Origin: Lytechinus pictus
Lineage: Eukaryota
Direction: 5' to 3'
DNA: 64,000 nucleotides
NCBI RefSeq assembly: GCF_037042905.1
Contig: NC_087253.1
Span: 19,282,001 to 19,346,000 of the forward strand
Shown: positions 1 through 12,216 of the stretch, one piece after another
Layout: each line of letters starts with the position of its first letter
How positions within the stretch are numbered: position 1 is the stretch's first letter
Position numbers and translations under genes: made by a program
Notes under the pieces: generated by a model
What the model was told of the DNA's origin: nothing
Database searches by the model: none
The model's input: the letters and a program-made list of their open reading frames with translations, nothing else

Positions 1-420
1 GAATTTTCTTTAATCCTTACTTAAACTAAAATGTGTCGGTTTATTTCACACTGTTTCCATTATAAAGGGAGTTCCAAAGTTTTGCACCTGTAAAATTAAT
101 GTTTAATTTAGGGGGGTTTTAGCTCTTGTTGGGTGAAAGAGTCCGGCGAACCTTGTTGGATAAAGATGAATATTGAATTTTTTAGTGAACATGGAATATA
201 AAATCACCGATCTTCAAAATTATGTTTATAGAAAACTCCATCAGTATATAAACGAAAAGTTCACTACAAATTAAGCATTACAAGTGGGAAAGTAAGATTT
301 CACTGTTTTTATAATACCAGTGTTTCTCGAATTGATTTTATCAATGTGATATAAGTGCAAATTCCAGGATAGAATACTGTGTATAGTTACTCTGAGAAAT
401 TTAGTACTGTCAACACTTTT
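1..420 (-). mobile_element. Decayed L2/Crack-CR1-group LINE RT C-terminal fragment
   Basis: Colinear similarity to the LINE at about 24385-24980 (shared gggagttccaaagttt, gaaagag.ccggcg, aaatttagtactg), with internal deletions. Confidence 0.7.
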
Positions 421-430
421 TATATGAGTA

Positions 431-434
<4 letters not shown>

Positions 435-482
<48 letters not shown>
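435..482. repeat. (TA)n microsatellite
   Basis: Direct read. Confidence 0.95.
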
Positions 483-487
<5 letters not shown>

Positions 488-800
488 CATAATCTTAGAT
501 TTAAGGAACACAATTCAATAGATAAAGTTACCTAAGATGACATTTGTATTAAAAAGTAAAATTGATGGTCTTGCCGAAAAAAGCAAAGCTTGTACAAAAG
601 GGAAGCCCCTAGCTTAGTTTCATTACAAAATTACAACAAAGAAATATTGGGTCGTAATAATATCTAGAATTTTTGTTTAAAATTGAATACAAACATTTTT
701 TGTGCACTTTCCAAAAATGTTACTGATGGATCGTGTGAGAAAATATTTTGTTTTATAATATTAGAGAGAGAGGGGGGGGGGGTGAGGGGAGAAAAGGGGA
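483..800 (-). mobile_element. LINE 3' UTR remnant with degenerate conserved stem-loop
   Basis: Minus strand reads aggggcttccc-ttttgtACAAGCTTTGCTTTT at 566-610, the loop motif found in the other LINE 3' UTRs. Confidence 0.55.
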
Positions 801-914
801 CGGGCAGAGAAGTGCAGTGTACCCTAAGTAGAAAATAGGCGGGCAGCAGGAGCTGAAGAAGGCCAGGGCCGAAAGTTTTGCAACACAGTGTACGCTCTGC
901 TTCATTCTTGACCA

Positions 915-1702
915 TCATCTACTCTTCACCCCCACACATATATGCACCATCCCTGAAGACCTACCACTTACCGAAGGCGAAAGAACACTTCTATCCAGGG
1001 GCTTAACGTTCATTCCTAGACAGAGGTCTGTCGATGATTTCCAAGTTCGACGAGACTTCGAGTGCTTTGCTCGTCGTCTACGATTGAAAGCTAATTTTGC
1101 CGAAGCAGACCAACAATTGAAACAAGACAGCAACACATCTCAGGACCATACAGGATCAACCCAACGTTTGAATCACGTCCTGGACTCCTTCAGACGGTGT
1201 GAATCCTAACCTTGACCACTTTATTTTAAAGTGTAGGTCGGATATAGAAGTCCTCCAGAATGCTTCTGCGCCTTCCCGACCTAACATCACTCATGAAGAA
1301 CAAGATGCACTCAAATCATTGCGAAACAATCATGACTACGTCATCAAGCCAGTAGACAAAGGAGGGCAGTGGTTGTATGGCGACGTGATTTGTACATTGC
1401 CGAGGCAGAACGTCAACTAAACAACGAGATGTTCTATGAGAAATTGGACATGGATCCAACGGATGAACATCAGAAGTGTGTGAAGTCCACGGTCACTGAG
1501 TTGATCAAGAACGGAGCCCTTCCTCCATCTGCCTCCAGTGTCTGCCAGAATAATCCACGTGGTTCATCTTTCTATCTTCTCCCCAAAATACACAAGGAGG
1601 GTAACCCTGGTAGACCCATTGTTTCGAACATCGGATGCCCAACTGAAATGATCAGCATATACTTGGCCGGGATTTTCTCTCCCCTTGTGGCTTAATTGGA
1701 CA
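915..1702 (+). pseudogene. PLE ORF, N-terminal region and RT part 1 (frameshifted)
   Basis: ORFs 1199-1420 and 1369-1695 join by frameshift (VIKPVDKGG / VVVWRRDLY); PKIHK and GRPIVS are PLE RT motifs. Confidence 0.88.
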
Positions 1703-2500
1703 CCTTGTACCTTGTAGTTTCAATCCCTGAAGTCCTCCACCAGGAAGGGTAACTCAGGGCTGACGAGAGTGGGAGTATTATTACTCTGTTTTGTTTTGTT
1801 GCAGGTTTTGCATGTTTAGTTTTGCTTTAAGTATGTCAGTGCTTTTGGAGGATACCATATCAGCTGTGAGGTTATTCCAGTGGGAGATTGCTTCAGGGAA
1901 GAAGGAATTAGCCAGTTGAGTAGTTGTGATGAACTTTGAAGTGACGTCATACAGTTCATCATGGGATCTTCTTAGTCTTGTTATTTTTCTTGTGGCATAT
2001 TTATTTAAGTCAAGTTGAGTTTCTCCATGGATGATCTTATATAAGTTGATGATTCGGTGATTTCGCCTCCTTTCTTCGAGAGACATCCAGCCAAGTGTTG
2101 TCATTATGTTAGTAACACTGGATCCCCGTGTGTAGTTTCCTGTGACGAACCGGGCGGCTCGTCTCTGAACCATTTCCAGCAATTTGGTGTTCTTGACTGT
2201 GCCTGGGTGCCATGCTATCGAAGCGTATTCTAGGTGGGGTCTAACAAGTGAATGGTATAAACGTTCCTTCACTGTTTTAGAGCAGTGATAGAAGTTCCTT
2301 CTGATGAAGTTTAACGCCCTCGTACCTTTGGCGGTTGCCTGTTGTGACTGCTTATCCCATTTTAGGCTGTTTTCTATATGTATTCCTAGGTATTGATGGC
2401 TATTTACTTCCTGAAGTTGTTGACCAAGGAGTAAGTAATTGGTATGTCCTGGTACTCGCTTTCTGGTATGTGAAGGATTCGTCGGATGCCCTCAAGATCT
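1703..2500 (-). mobile_element. 5'-truncated non-LTR retrotransposon (RTE-X/CR1-group-like RT C-terminus)
   Basis: ORF 1781-2272 contains YHSLVRPHLEYASIAWHP, VQRRAARFV, LGWMSLEERR, NSFFPEAISHWNNL; short 3' UTR ends in an (ACAAGGT)2 tail. Clade assignment is uncertain. Confidence 0.85.
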
Positions 2501-2501
2501 T

Positions 2502-4885
2502 TGTTAAACTCAATTAATAAGAAAAATAAGATGTATTACCAATATAAAAAACAAAGTCAGCATTTTTGTATAGGAAATATTCAGCATTTAGAAATACTTT
2601 AACTGCTACATTGCGTAATGCAAAAAAGCAATATTACTGTGCTCAATTCCAAGCGACTTTTAATAATATTAAGGATACCTGGAAAGTGATCAGAAATGTT
2701 TTTAAAGCGCCACTTAAGGTTTCAAAGAGAAAACAGGTAATCATAAATGATCAAGTTGTGGATGATAACAGTGTTATTGTAGAAGAGTTCAACAATTATT
2801 TTTGTAATATTGGTCCAAATTTGCAGGCGACTATTCCACCCTGTCAAAAAACCTGTGCTGACTTCTTGTCTGAGCCTACTTTGGAAAGTCTATTTTTTTT
2901 GCCTACAAATGAGGAAGAGTTGATTGATGTGGTTAGATCTCTCAAAAGTAAAAAGAACCCAGGCTGTGATAATATTAAAAATGAACTTATTAAACATGTC
3001 ATTGTAGGAATCTTGACACCTCTTACTCACATCTTTAATCTTTCAATGTCAAATGGCATTGTGCCTAGAAGCATGAAAATTGCAAAAGTTGTGCCAATTT
3101 TTTAAGAAAGGCAATCCTGAATTGTTGACCAATTATCGTCCAATTTCTTTGTTGACATCTTTTTCAAAAATCCTTGAAAAACTCATGTATGCAAGGGTCA
3201 TACAATTCTTTAAAAAGTCAAATATCTTTTCGAATTTTCAATTTGGGTTTCGCGAGAAGCATACAACTACACATGCCATTTTGCACTTTGTTGATAAGGT
3301 TGCCACTGCCATGGATAATTACTTGAGCACAATTGGTATATTATTCGATTTTTCCAAGGCTTTTGATACAGTTGATCATAAAATTTTGCTACATGAGTAA
3401 TCCCATTATGGAGTGAGAGGTGTTACCCTTGAGTGGTTTAGGAGTTATCTCACTGACAGGAGACAATTTGTATCATTGAATATAATTAATTCCAGCTTGC
3501 AAACTGTTACATGTGGTGTACCTCAGGGGTCTATTCTAGGACCTCTCTTATTCATACTGTATATAAATGATTTTCAAAATTCATCAAATAAATTATCCTT
3601 TATTTTCTTTGCTGATGATTCTAGTGTATTTTTTCACATAGGAATCCTCTAACCCTGATAGAAACAGTGAATTGTGAATTGAAGAATGTTATCTTGAGGG
3701 TTCAAGCCAATGAATTATCACTTAATTTTCAAAAGACAAATTATATGCTTTTTAGCAAATCCTTAAAAATGCTGCCTGGCAATGTAATGTTTAATAATGT
3801 CTGTCTTGAAAGAGTAACCTCAACTAAATTTCTTGGGTTATTCATTGATGAGAAATTGAACTGGAAACCTCAGGTAAATCATCTCTGCAAACTGTTGTAA
3901 AAAAATACCGGTGTTATATACAAGTTGAGATCAGTTTTCCCTAAAGAAATTTTATTTATATTATCTTCCTCATTAATTGTTCCTTACTTAAACTACGGTG
4001 TGCTTGCCTGGGGCAACTCACTTAAAACGCAATTGCAAAAATTATTCATTGTTCAGAAGAGAGCTATTAGAAGTAAATGTAATGTCAGTTATCGTGCCCA
4101 TACAAATGTTTTATTTCATGACAATCACTTATTGAAAGTGGAAGATATTTACTTTATGCAGCTAGGATCTCTTATGTATGATTTTGATTCAGGAAGTCTC
4201 CCTTCAGCCCTGGCACTGATATTTAAGAAAAATAGTCAAGTACACAATTACAATATTAGACGATCTTCCACTCTCCATATATCTCGTGCAAGAACAAAGT
4301 TCACTTTGGGCACTCTAGTTTGCACTGGACCCAGGTTTTGGAATGCACTTGACCCTGACATTATACATGCTGTCAGTTCTACAGTGTTTAAACGAAAATT
4401 GAAATCTTATTTACTGAGTAACTATGGAAGAGATTCGTAAAACCAATTTTTCGTGTGTTATTTATCAGTTAATGCTAAATTATCAATACTTAACATCCCC
4501 CCCTTTCCCGGGCCTGGCTGGTCTCTGTCCTCATGTCCCCTTTTTTGTCCCTTTTGTACATAAATGTGTCCCTCTCCTCTCCCCGCCTCTCTCTTTAGTT
4601 ATCATATTATATTATATTGCCATTTCTTTGTTGTTTATCCAATGTTCTTTGAATTCGTAAAGAGGAACCTTAATTTACAAGCATTGCTTCACTTAGGTCT
4701 CCTCGTCTTCCTTTAAAATTATTTCTTTTCTGTCTTAAGCTGTATAATGTATTTAAAAACAATGTTTTTCTGCATACTCTGTTTTATATATACCTGTATA
4801 TTATGTACTCTGCTCATTGTTTCATACACACTTATATGTTTGTCATGTATTCAAACTCAAAGTTGGAAGACAAATAAAATTAACT
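2502..4885 (+). mobile_element. 5'-truncated L2/Crack-CR1-group LINE, decayed RT
   Basis: Broken ORFs 2566-4440 with NYRPISLL, QFGFR, DFSKAFDTVDH, GVPQGSILGPLLF, FADD, YLNYG..AWG; 3' stem-loop at 4662-4704; AATAAA near the end. Confidence 0.92.
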
Positions 4886-4886
4886 T

Positions 4887-5831
4887 ATGAACTTTCAGGC
4901 TACGCAACTTCCCTCGCAGGGGCCACGATTTATCTTCACGATGGATGTCTCATCTCTCTACATTAATATTCCCATGAATGAAGGTCATCGAGCTATCAGG
5001 TACTTTCTACACAAGTTTCCATCACCGGACCGTCCAGACGATACTACTGTTCTTCGACTCACTGAGTTGGTACTTAGACTTGCTGCTTTTCAGTACAATG
5101 GAGAATTCTATCTGCAGAAGAAAGGAGTTGCCATGGGAATTAAAATTGGACCTTCCTACGCATGCCTCTTTGTCGGTTGTATCGAACAGGAGATCTTGAG
5201 GAGCTTCCGAGGCCCACAGCCTCTTCTTTTGAAGAGGTACATCGACGACTATGTAGGAGTCGCATTTTCCCCCTTGGAGTACCTGAATGAGCTGATTGCT
5301 CATTTCAACGATTTCCATCCGTGTCTCAAGTTCACTCACAAGATCTCTGAGGATTCACTCCCATTTCTAAACATTCAACTTTGGATAAATGGCCAGCAGA
5401 TTAAAACTAGTGTACACTACGAGTCTACAGATACTCACTGCTACCTAAATTATTTGTCTTCTCATCCACCCAGCTACAAGCAATCAATTTCCTTTCTCAC
5501 AACTCACCCGGCTCCGGCGTCTTTGCAGTGATGACCAGGACTTCAGACAACGATCCGAAGAAATGACAGGGTTCTTCCGACAAAGGGGTTATCCTGAGCA
5601 AGTCATCCAAAAAGCTTCTTGGAAAGCTTCCAGCCTAAGTCGCACGGCCACTTTGCAACCACGTCAGCAAGAGAACATGGACCGGGTACCATTGGTCCTA
5701 ACGTACCATCCGTCTACCGAGAGAATCGTCTCAACCATCATGAATAATACGGGCATTCTCAAGGAGGATGAGAATAACCGGGAGATATTCAAGAATCCTC
5801 CAGTGGTCGCGCATAAGAAAGGCAAGAGCCT
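4887..5831 (+). pseudogene. PLE RT part 2 (core and thumb)
   Basis: MDVSSLY, FYLQKKGVAMG, KRYIDD, LPFL, YL.YLSSHP, RGYP motifs; frameshift near 5495. Confidence 0.9.
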
Positions 5832-8231
5832 TATGAGGCGCCGAATGTACCAATATTATTTAGAACAATTATTTGTTATATAATCATTATTTATTAAATA
5901 ATAACTATTATTTATATATAATTTACATTTTATTTGTAAATAACTACAATTATATAAAATATCATTTCTAATTATTTATATATAATTCCAAGTAATACTT
6001 CATTATTTGTAAATAATAATAGTTCGACATTCCATTATTTATAAATAATGATTATTTGTTTTTCATTATTTATAAATAATGATTATTTATTTTTCATTAT
6101 TTATAAATAATGATTATTTGTTTTTCATTATTTACAAATAATGATTATTTGTTTTTCATTATTTATAAATAATGATTATTTGTTTTTCATTATTTACAAA
6201 TAATGATTATTTGTTTTTCATTATTTATAAATAGTGATTATTTGTTTTTCATTATTTATAAATAATTTGTTGAGTTTTCCATTATTTATGAATAATGATT
6301 ATTTGTTAAATAATGAAAACGTCTACTTCATTATTTATAAATAATTTTTTCGAGTACACCATTATTCTCATTATTTATAAATAATCATTATTTAATGTTC
6401 GAGTTTTCCATTATTTATAAATAAAAATTATTTGTTAAATAATTTTTACAGTTTGCCATTATATACAAATAATCATTATTTATATACAAATAACCATTAT
6501 TTATTAAATAATGCCATTATTTATTAAATAATGCCATTATTTATTAAATAATGCCATTATTTATTAAATAATGCCATTATTTATTAAATAATGGAAAACT
6601 CGCTATAACATGCAAATGTGGGACCGCCCATGATATGAATATTCATGATGCGATTTCCTTTTTCGTGATTTTTCTTCACAAATTTGTGTCCATTTCCTCT
6701 TCATAATGACATTTCTTGAAGCAATTTTCTAGGGATATGGTCTGATTGTAATATTCTTCATTTTCTATATAACTTCGTCTTCGTAGAAATATCAAAAAGT
6801 GTAATTTAATACGATTTTTCCTACAGTTCACAATCCCCATAGGCGCGCGTGTATCGTAGGGACAACCGTATTGTCGTTGCGAGCATTTTGGGGCCAGGGT
6901 GAAATCGCCCCAAACGCCTCAAACAGACACTCCAAAATGTATTTGAAGTGCATTATTAGAACTGAAACTTATCTCTACACCAGGAAAAATTAACTTAACA
7001 AAAAAAGCAACAAGAAATATTTATAAAAAGTAGAAGGGCCTGTACAAGTACACTGATATTTCACTCTCTCAGTCTCAGCTCATATGCACTTGATCGACTT
7101 CCATCGAGGATTCGGGCTAAATTCCGCCCGCCACTTCCGGGGACCAACCAATGTAGTATTTCGATGAAGAGCACTCCGTCGATTCACCGGTTGTCCCTAC
7201 GATACACGCGCGCCTATGGGGATTGTGAACTGTAGGAAAAATCGTATTAAATTACACTTTTTGATATTTCTACGAAGACGAAGTTATATAGAAAATGAAG
7301 AATATTACAATCAGACCATATCCCTAGAAAATTGCTTCAAGAAATGTCATTATGAAGAGGAAATGGACACAAATTTGTGAAGAAAAATCACGAAAAAGGA
7401 AATCGCATCATGAATATTCATATCATGGGCGGTCCCACATTTGCATGTTATAGCGAGTTTTCCATTATTTAATAAATAATGGCATTATTTAATAAATAAT
7501 GGCATTATTTAATAAATAATGGCATTATTTAATAAATAATGGTTATTTGTATATAAATAATGATTATTTGTATATAATGGCAAACTGTAAAAATTATTTA
7601 ACAAATAATTTTTATTTATAAATAATGGAAAACTCGAACATTAAATAATGATTATTTATAAATAATGAGAATAATGGTGTACTCGAAAAAATTATTTATA
7701 AATAATGAAGTAGACGTTTTCATTATTTAACAAATAATCATTATTTATAAATAATGAAAAACAAATAATCATTATTTGTAAATAATGAAAAACAAATAAT
7801 CATATGATTATTTGTTTTTCATTATTTACAAATAATGATTATTTGTTTTTCATTATTTATTATTTATAAATAATGAAAAACAAATAATCATTATTTGTAA
7901 ATAATGAAAAACAAATAATCATTATTTATAAATAATGAAAAATAAATAATCATTATTTATAAATAATGAAAAACAAATAATCATTATTTATAAATAATGA
8001 AAAACAAATAATCATTATTTATAAATAATGGAATGTCGAACTATTATTATTTACAAATAATGAAGTATTACTTGGAATTATATATAAATAATTAGAAATG
8101 ATATTTTATATAATAGTAGTTATTTACAAATAAAATGTAAATTATATATAAATAATAGTTATTATTTAATAAATAATGATTATATAACAAATAATTGTTC
8201 TAAATAATATTGGTACATTCGGCGCCTCATA
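5832..8231. mobile_element. Foldback-type element, 2400 bp, about 1.04-kb inverted arms, 6-bp TSD GAGCCT
   Basis: Termini TATGAGGCGCCGAATGTACC / GGTACATTCGGCGCCTCATA. Arms 5832-6868 and 7188-8231 have an outer AT-rich tandem domain (31-bp and 20-bp units) and an inner unique domain; spacer 6869-7187. TSD at 5826-5831 and 8232-8237; excision restores the PLE frame GKSLRNLLVHSKL. Confidence 0.93.
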
Positions 8232-8726
8232 GAGCCTCCGCAATCTGCTGGTACATTCCAAATTAACATCTACAACTCCTGAGGAGAATCACGGGACCGT
8301 GAGATGCGGAAGGAGCAGATGTAATACATGCAACTTCATACTGCAAGATACCACTATCAAGGGACCTAAGTCTACCTGGATTGTTCGGGATCATTTTACA
8401 TGCACTACCACCAACTTGATCTTTGTTACATAGTGTGCACCGCATGTGAAATGCTATATGTCGGTGAGACTAAACGGAGGATGGCCGATCGCACCAATGA
8501 ACATCTACGATCAATCCGACTTCACACCACAGGACTTCCAGTTGCTCATCAATCTTCCAGGACAGGACACTCAATCAGCAACTTCAAAATATGTGGCATC
8601 GTGAGATGTTCTGGTGCTACAGATGAGGAGAGGAAAATCCGGGAAGAACGTATGATCCACCGCCTGAGATGTCTCCAACCAAACGGAGTCAACGCAGCCT
8701 TTCGCTCCTCCCTTATGAACTCTTAG
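8232..8726 (+). pseudogene. PLE linker + GIY-YIG endonuclease
   Basis: HFTCTTTNLI..CTAC..LYVGETKRRMADRTNEHL..PVAH..REERMI.RL..LQPNGVN. Confidence 0.9.
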
Positions 8727-8729
8727 TTT

Positions 8730-9232
8730 CTTGTCAATTTTCTTTGCTTCTTTGTTTTCTGGTGTGTTGTTGTCATCTTTTCTTTCTAAATATCTTTCTC
8801 TCGCTCTCTCCCCTCCTCTTTTTCTCATTCGTTCTCTCTCCCTCTTTTCTCCCTCTTTCTCTTCCTTAGCTGGTATATTCTTACCTTTTCTTCTATTTTC
8901 TTTCTCCCACTCCGCCCCTATATTTGTCTCTCTTTTCTTGTATTCTTTTTTTTTCTTTCTATTTCTCACCCCCTTCTCTGTGTCTCCCACCTCTCTCTCT
9001 TCTATCTCTCTCCTTCTCTTCTCTATCTCCCTCTCCCCCTTCTCTCTCTATTTTATAAATTTCTGTTCTTTCTACTCTCTGTTCCTCTTATGTTTGCCTT
9101 TTCCCCAATGCTTCTCTTTCTCACTTGTTTCTGCTTTCCCGTTTTTCTTTTTTTTCTTTTTCTTTTCATTTCTTTCGTTTATTCTCTGATCCCTTCTTTA
9201 TTTCCTCGCCTCCTTCCCTCCTCTCTTTCCTT
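8730..9232 (+). repeat. CT-rich low-complexity tract (PLE 3' region)
   Basis: Polypyrimidine tract; the ORFs over it are low-complexity artefacts. Confidence 0.85.
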
Positions 9233-9347
9233 GTTACGTAAGAGCGCCTCTCTGTCGGGTGCGCCTACATCAAGGGCGCTCCTTGAGAGAGTGCACGCTT
9301 TACTGTTGTTGATCTTGACGCATTTTCAAAGTTGATCTTAATCAATA

Positions 9348-9386
9348 AATCTCTTGACAAACCCTATGGGCGAAAATTCGTGAAAT
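9348..9386 (+). ncRNA. Minimal type-I hammerhead ribozyme-like motif (U3-A8 variant, degenerate)
   Basis: TTGACAA-a-CCC tat GGG-c-GAAA-ATTC with palindromic AATT helix III, at the PLE 3' end where PLE hammerheads are known to lie. Confidence 0.45.
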
Positions 9387-11182
9387 ACTTTTCATTACGG
9401 NNNNNNNNNNNNNNNNNNNNNNNNNNNNNNNNNNNNNNNNNNNNNNNNNNNNNNNNNNNNNNNNNNNNNNNNNNNNNNNNNNNNNNNNNNNNNNNNNNNN
9501 NNNNNNNNNNNNNNNNNNNNNNNNNNNNNNNNNNNNNNNNNNNNNNNNNNNNNNNNNNNNNNNNNNNNNNNNNNNNNNNNATTTTTAATTGTATACAGGG
9601 TCCTATGGAAAAAACAGTACTACTAATGGAGCCAGAATACAAAATAAATGAATAGATAATTGAATAAATAGATAATTTATATTAGTATGCATGTATTTAA
9701 AATCGTTATTCTATTTTCATCTTGTTCATTCTTATTCGTTTCAGCTGGTAACATGGTTTACGCTTCTGCGTCATGTCAGATGTGGATTCCGATTACTGGA
9801 ATTTTAATGGTCCTCCAAGTCATCGCTGTTTGATCTAGACCTCTAAGAAATGGAGCTAATGAAATCGGTTAACGTTGACATGATTATATATTCACATTTC
9901 AGATTAAGAAAGAAAAGTACAGTTTTCATTCAACCGAAAAAGGGATGCGGAACTTTAGTTGGGAAAATTGCCCTAATAAAGTTTTGATTAGAAATGAAAA
10001 GAAAGGAGAAAGAGAAAGAAAATGAATTGGGGTGAAAGGTTGAATTATGATACCATTTTGATTTGATTTAATATATTGTTTCACATTCCATAACAAATAC
10101 ATACACCTTGAGCAAATAATGATAGAAAATTACATTACAACTGTTTTGCAAAGTAATATAATAACGTGAAATATGAGGAACGTGTTAAAATTATAGCTTG
10201 AAAAAAATAAGTTGACACAATTTCTCGATATATTATAATCTGTGGCGCTATATATACAAATAAGAACGATATTAAGTCATAAACCAATTCTTTCACTAAA
10301 TTGATACATTTTATTTGATATCAAAAGTCTATACCATTACTGTAGTTGGGTACAATTAAAGCTTCTTCTGTGATTCGATTTCATTATCCTACTGAGTGCA
10401 AATGTTTCTTTAAACTGTAATTTTTTTTTTTATTACAAGTCGAAGTAAAATTCGTGCTGTATGATATCTTATATATTCGTGCTTTATATACATCTGCAAT
10501 ATTCAATTGCTATTAAAAATACATATATCGTTATGATTTTATATTTAAGTACCGTTAAAACATATTCACTCTATTTAATTTAGGAGTAATGATTTTTTTC
10601 TTTTTGAAACTAATATTTTTATATTTGCAATTTCTTGATTCTTTTGTAATGTTGCTTATTTGTTGATCTTATGAATATGTTTTATTCTCTTTTGCCATTT
10701 GCCAATTCAGGTTGTTACAAGCTGCCATCAAATGTTTCAATAAATCTTGAATCTCATGATTCCAATAATTGTTTTGTCATTCAGGTAATTACCAACTCGT
10801 ACCATGGCAACCAGAGTGCGTGAGTCTTTGAAGAGAGGTTAAGGGCTCGGCTAATGATACTAAATTTGTTGTTTTGTACATTAGTTCACATTTCAAGAGG
10901 TTTAAATAATCATGTTTCCTGTTGGCAGGATAAAAGGATCGAATAGTTTCGGCATTGAGGTGTGTTCTGAGTCTCGTCTATATATTTATTTCATAGGAAC
11001 TTTTTGAAGGACTATCCATCGGAGAAAAAAACAATATGTCAGGGCTTACTCTCATAGTTAAAACATATTCAAAGAGTAAAGTGAAAATTGCACAACAGAC
11101 CCACTCCCTCCACCTAGAGAGAGATGCGATGCGACATTCGCAACTGTCTATTGTATTTAATTTTTCCCGATATACCACTGGT

Positions 11183-11210
11183 GTATATAAATATGTATAT
11201 ATATATATGC

Positions 11211-11248
<38 letters not shown>
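11183..11248. repeat. (TA)n microsatellite
   Basis: Direct read. Confidence 0.9.
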
Positions 11249-11251
<3 letters not shown>

Positions 11252-11616
11252 CAACAACCATGGCAACATTATGGACTGCTGGATATAATAAAAGAAGCAG
11301 CATTTGATAGTGTTGCCTGTTGCCATGGTTTTAGGTTTCTGGCGGATTTGAAAAAAACATTATGAATACCTCATACTGTCATAGCCTTAATGATGATAAC
11401 TAGGGCAGGTCTTCAGCATATCAACTGGGGGTATGAATGGAGCAGTTGCCACCATAATCATGATAATGCGTCTGTTTATATATTGGAGAGGGATGATCAT
11501 TCCGCAATGTTAATTGAATTGGCATCCAGGTAGTATTAAACTTTTCAAATGTGGGGGTATTTCCATAGCTGCGCACAGCGTTGGTATGGGATTGATAACC
11601 ATCTTCCTCCCAAAGG

Positions 11617-11725
11617 GACTTTCACAATTGCTTCTGCCATCGTTTGCGATCATTTGGTCACTATATATAATGCACACAATCGCAACGGTTGGAAGTAGTC
11701 GCAACAGCAATTGTGAAAGGGGTTT
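11617..11725. mobile_element. Small Harbinger-type MITE remnant
   Basis: ctttcacaattgc ... gcaattgtgaaagggg matches the Harbinger TIR at 32693 and 43994. Confidence 0.55.
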
Positions 11726-11828
11726 AAATAAAGCAACAACAAAGTGTGTGGGTACTTATACATTTCTTGCCAAAAATATAACCGAAATTTTTAAATCTGT
11801 GCACCAAATCTCCCCTTTCATTGCTTAC

Positions 11829-12216
11829 AATAATAATAATAATAATAGCTGTATTTATAAAGCGCTTTTTGCCTGAGGATACAAAGCGCTGCTACTATTA
11901 CCCCGGCTTTAGCTCGAGCTACCATCACTGACGCTCAGTGCATGCAAGGAATTAATCATGCGGGGTACCCATTCACCTCACCTGGGTCGAGTGCAGCACA
12001 GTGCGGATAAATTTTTTGCTGAAGGAAAACACGCCATGGTTAGGATTCGAACCCGCGATACGACCCTCTGTTTTATAGGCGAGAGTCAGAATCACTAGAC
12101 CACGACGCGAAATGCGAAAGCATGAAGTAGGATTCGAACCCGCGATACGACCCTCTGTTTTATAGGCGAGAGTCAGAATCACTAGACCACGACGCGAAAT
12201 GCGAAAGCATGAAGTA
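11829..12216 (-). mobile_element. tRNA-derived SINE (sea-urchin SURF1-like) with duplicated tRNA head
   Basis: Minus strand has A box TGGTCTAGTG, B box GGTTCGAATCC, core gtgctgcactcgacccaggtgaggtgaatgggtacc and an (ATT)n tail; the head is tandemly duplicated (about 12040-12127 and 12128-12216). Confidence 0.82.

Larger units (their letters stand above)
805..9400 (+). mobile_element. Penelope-like retroelement (RT + C-terminal GIY-YIG), fragmented by nested insertions
   Basis: Pieces in the correct order: LTEGERTLLSRGLTFIP (about 965-1020); VIKPVDKGG and FYLLPKIHKEGNPGRPIVS (1340-1700); TMDVSSLY, GVAMG, RYIDD (4887-5531); RVPLVLTYHP (5680-5710); KSLRNLLVHSKL across the foldback; YVGETKR, EHL, REERMIHRL..LQPNGVN (8400-8726). 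Followed by a CT-rich tail and a hammerhead-like motif. Confidence 0.92.

Noticed and set aside
853-878. Hammerhead-like CTGAAGAAGGCCAGGGCCGAAAG
   Set aside because: No stem I, no match to the PLE 3' end, and it reads in frame with the PLE ORF (QQELKKARAES). Probably coincidental.
8571-9335. Lys/Glu/Arg-rich and Phe/Ser/Leu-rich ORFs
   Set aside because: Artefacts of the CT-rich tract.
9740-10830. Possible upstream exons of a host gene (AG acceptors near 9745 and 10785)
   Set aside because: No sustained ORF or homology, and they cannot be linked to the DEATH-NHL gene.
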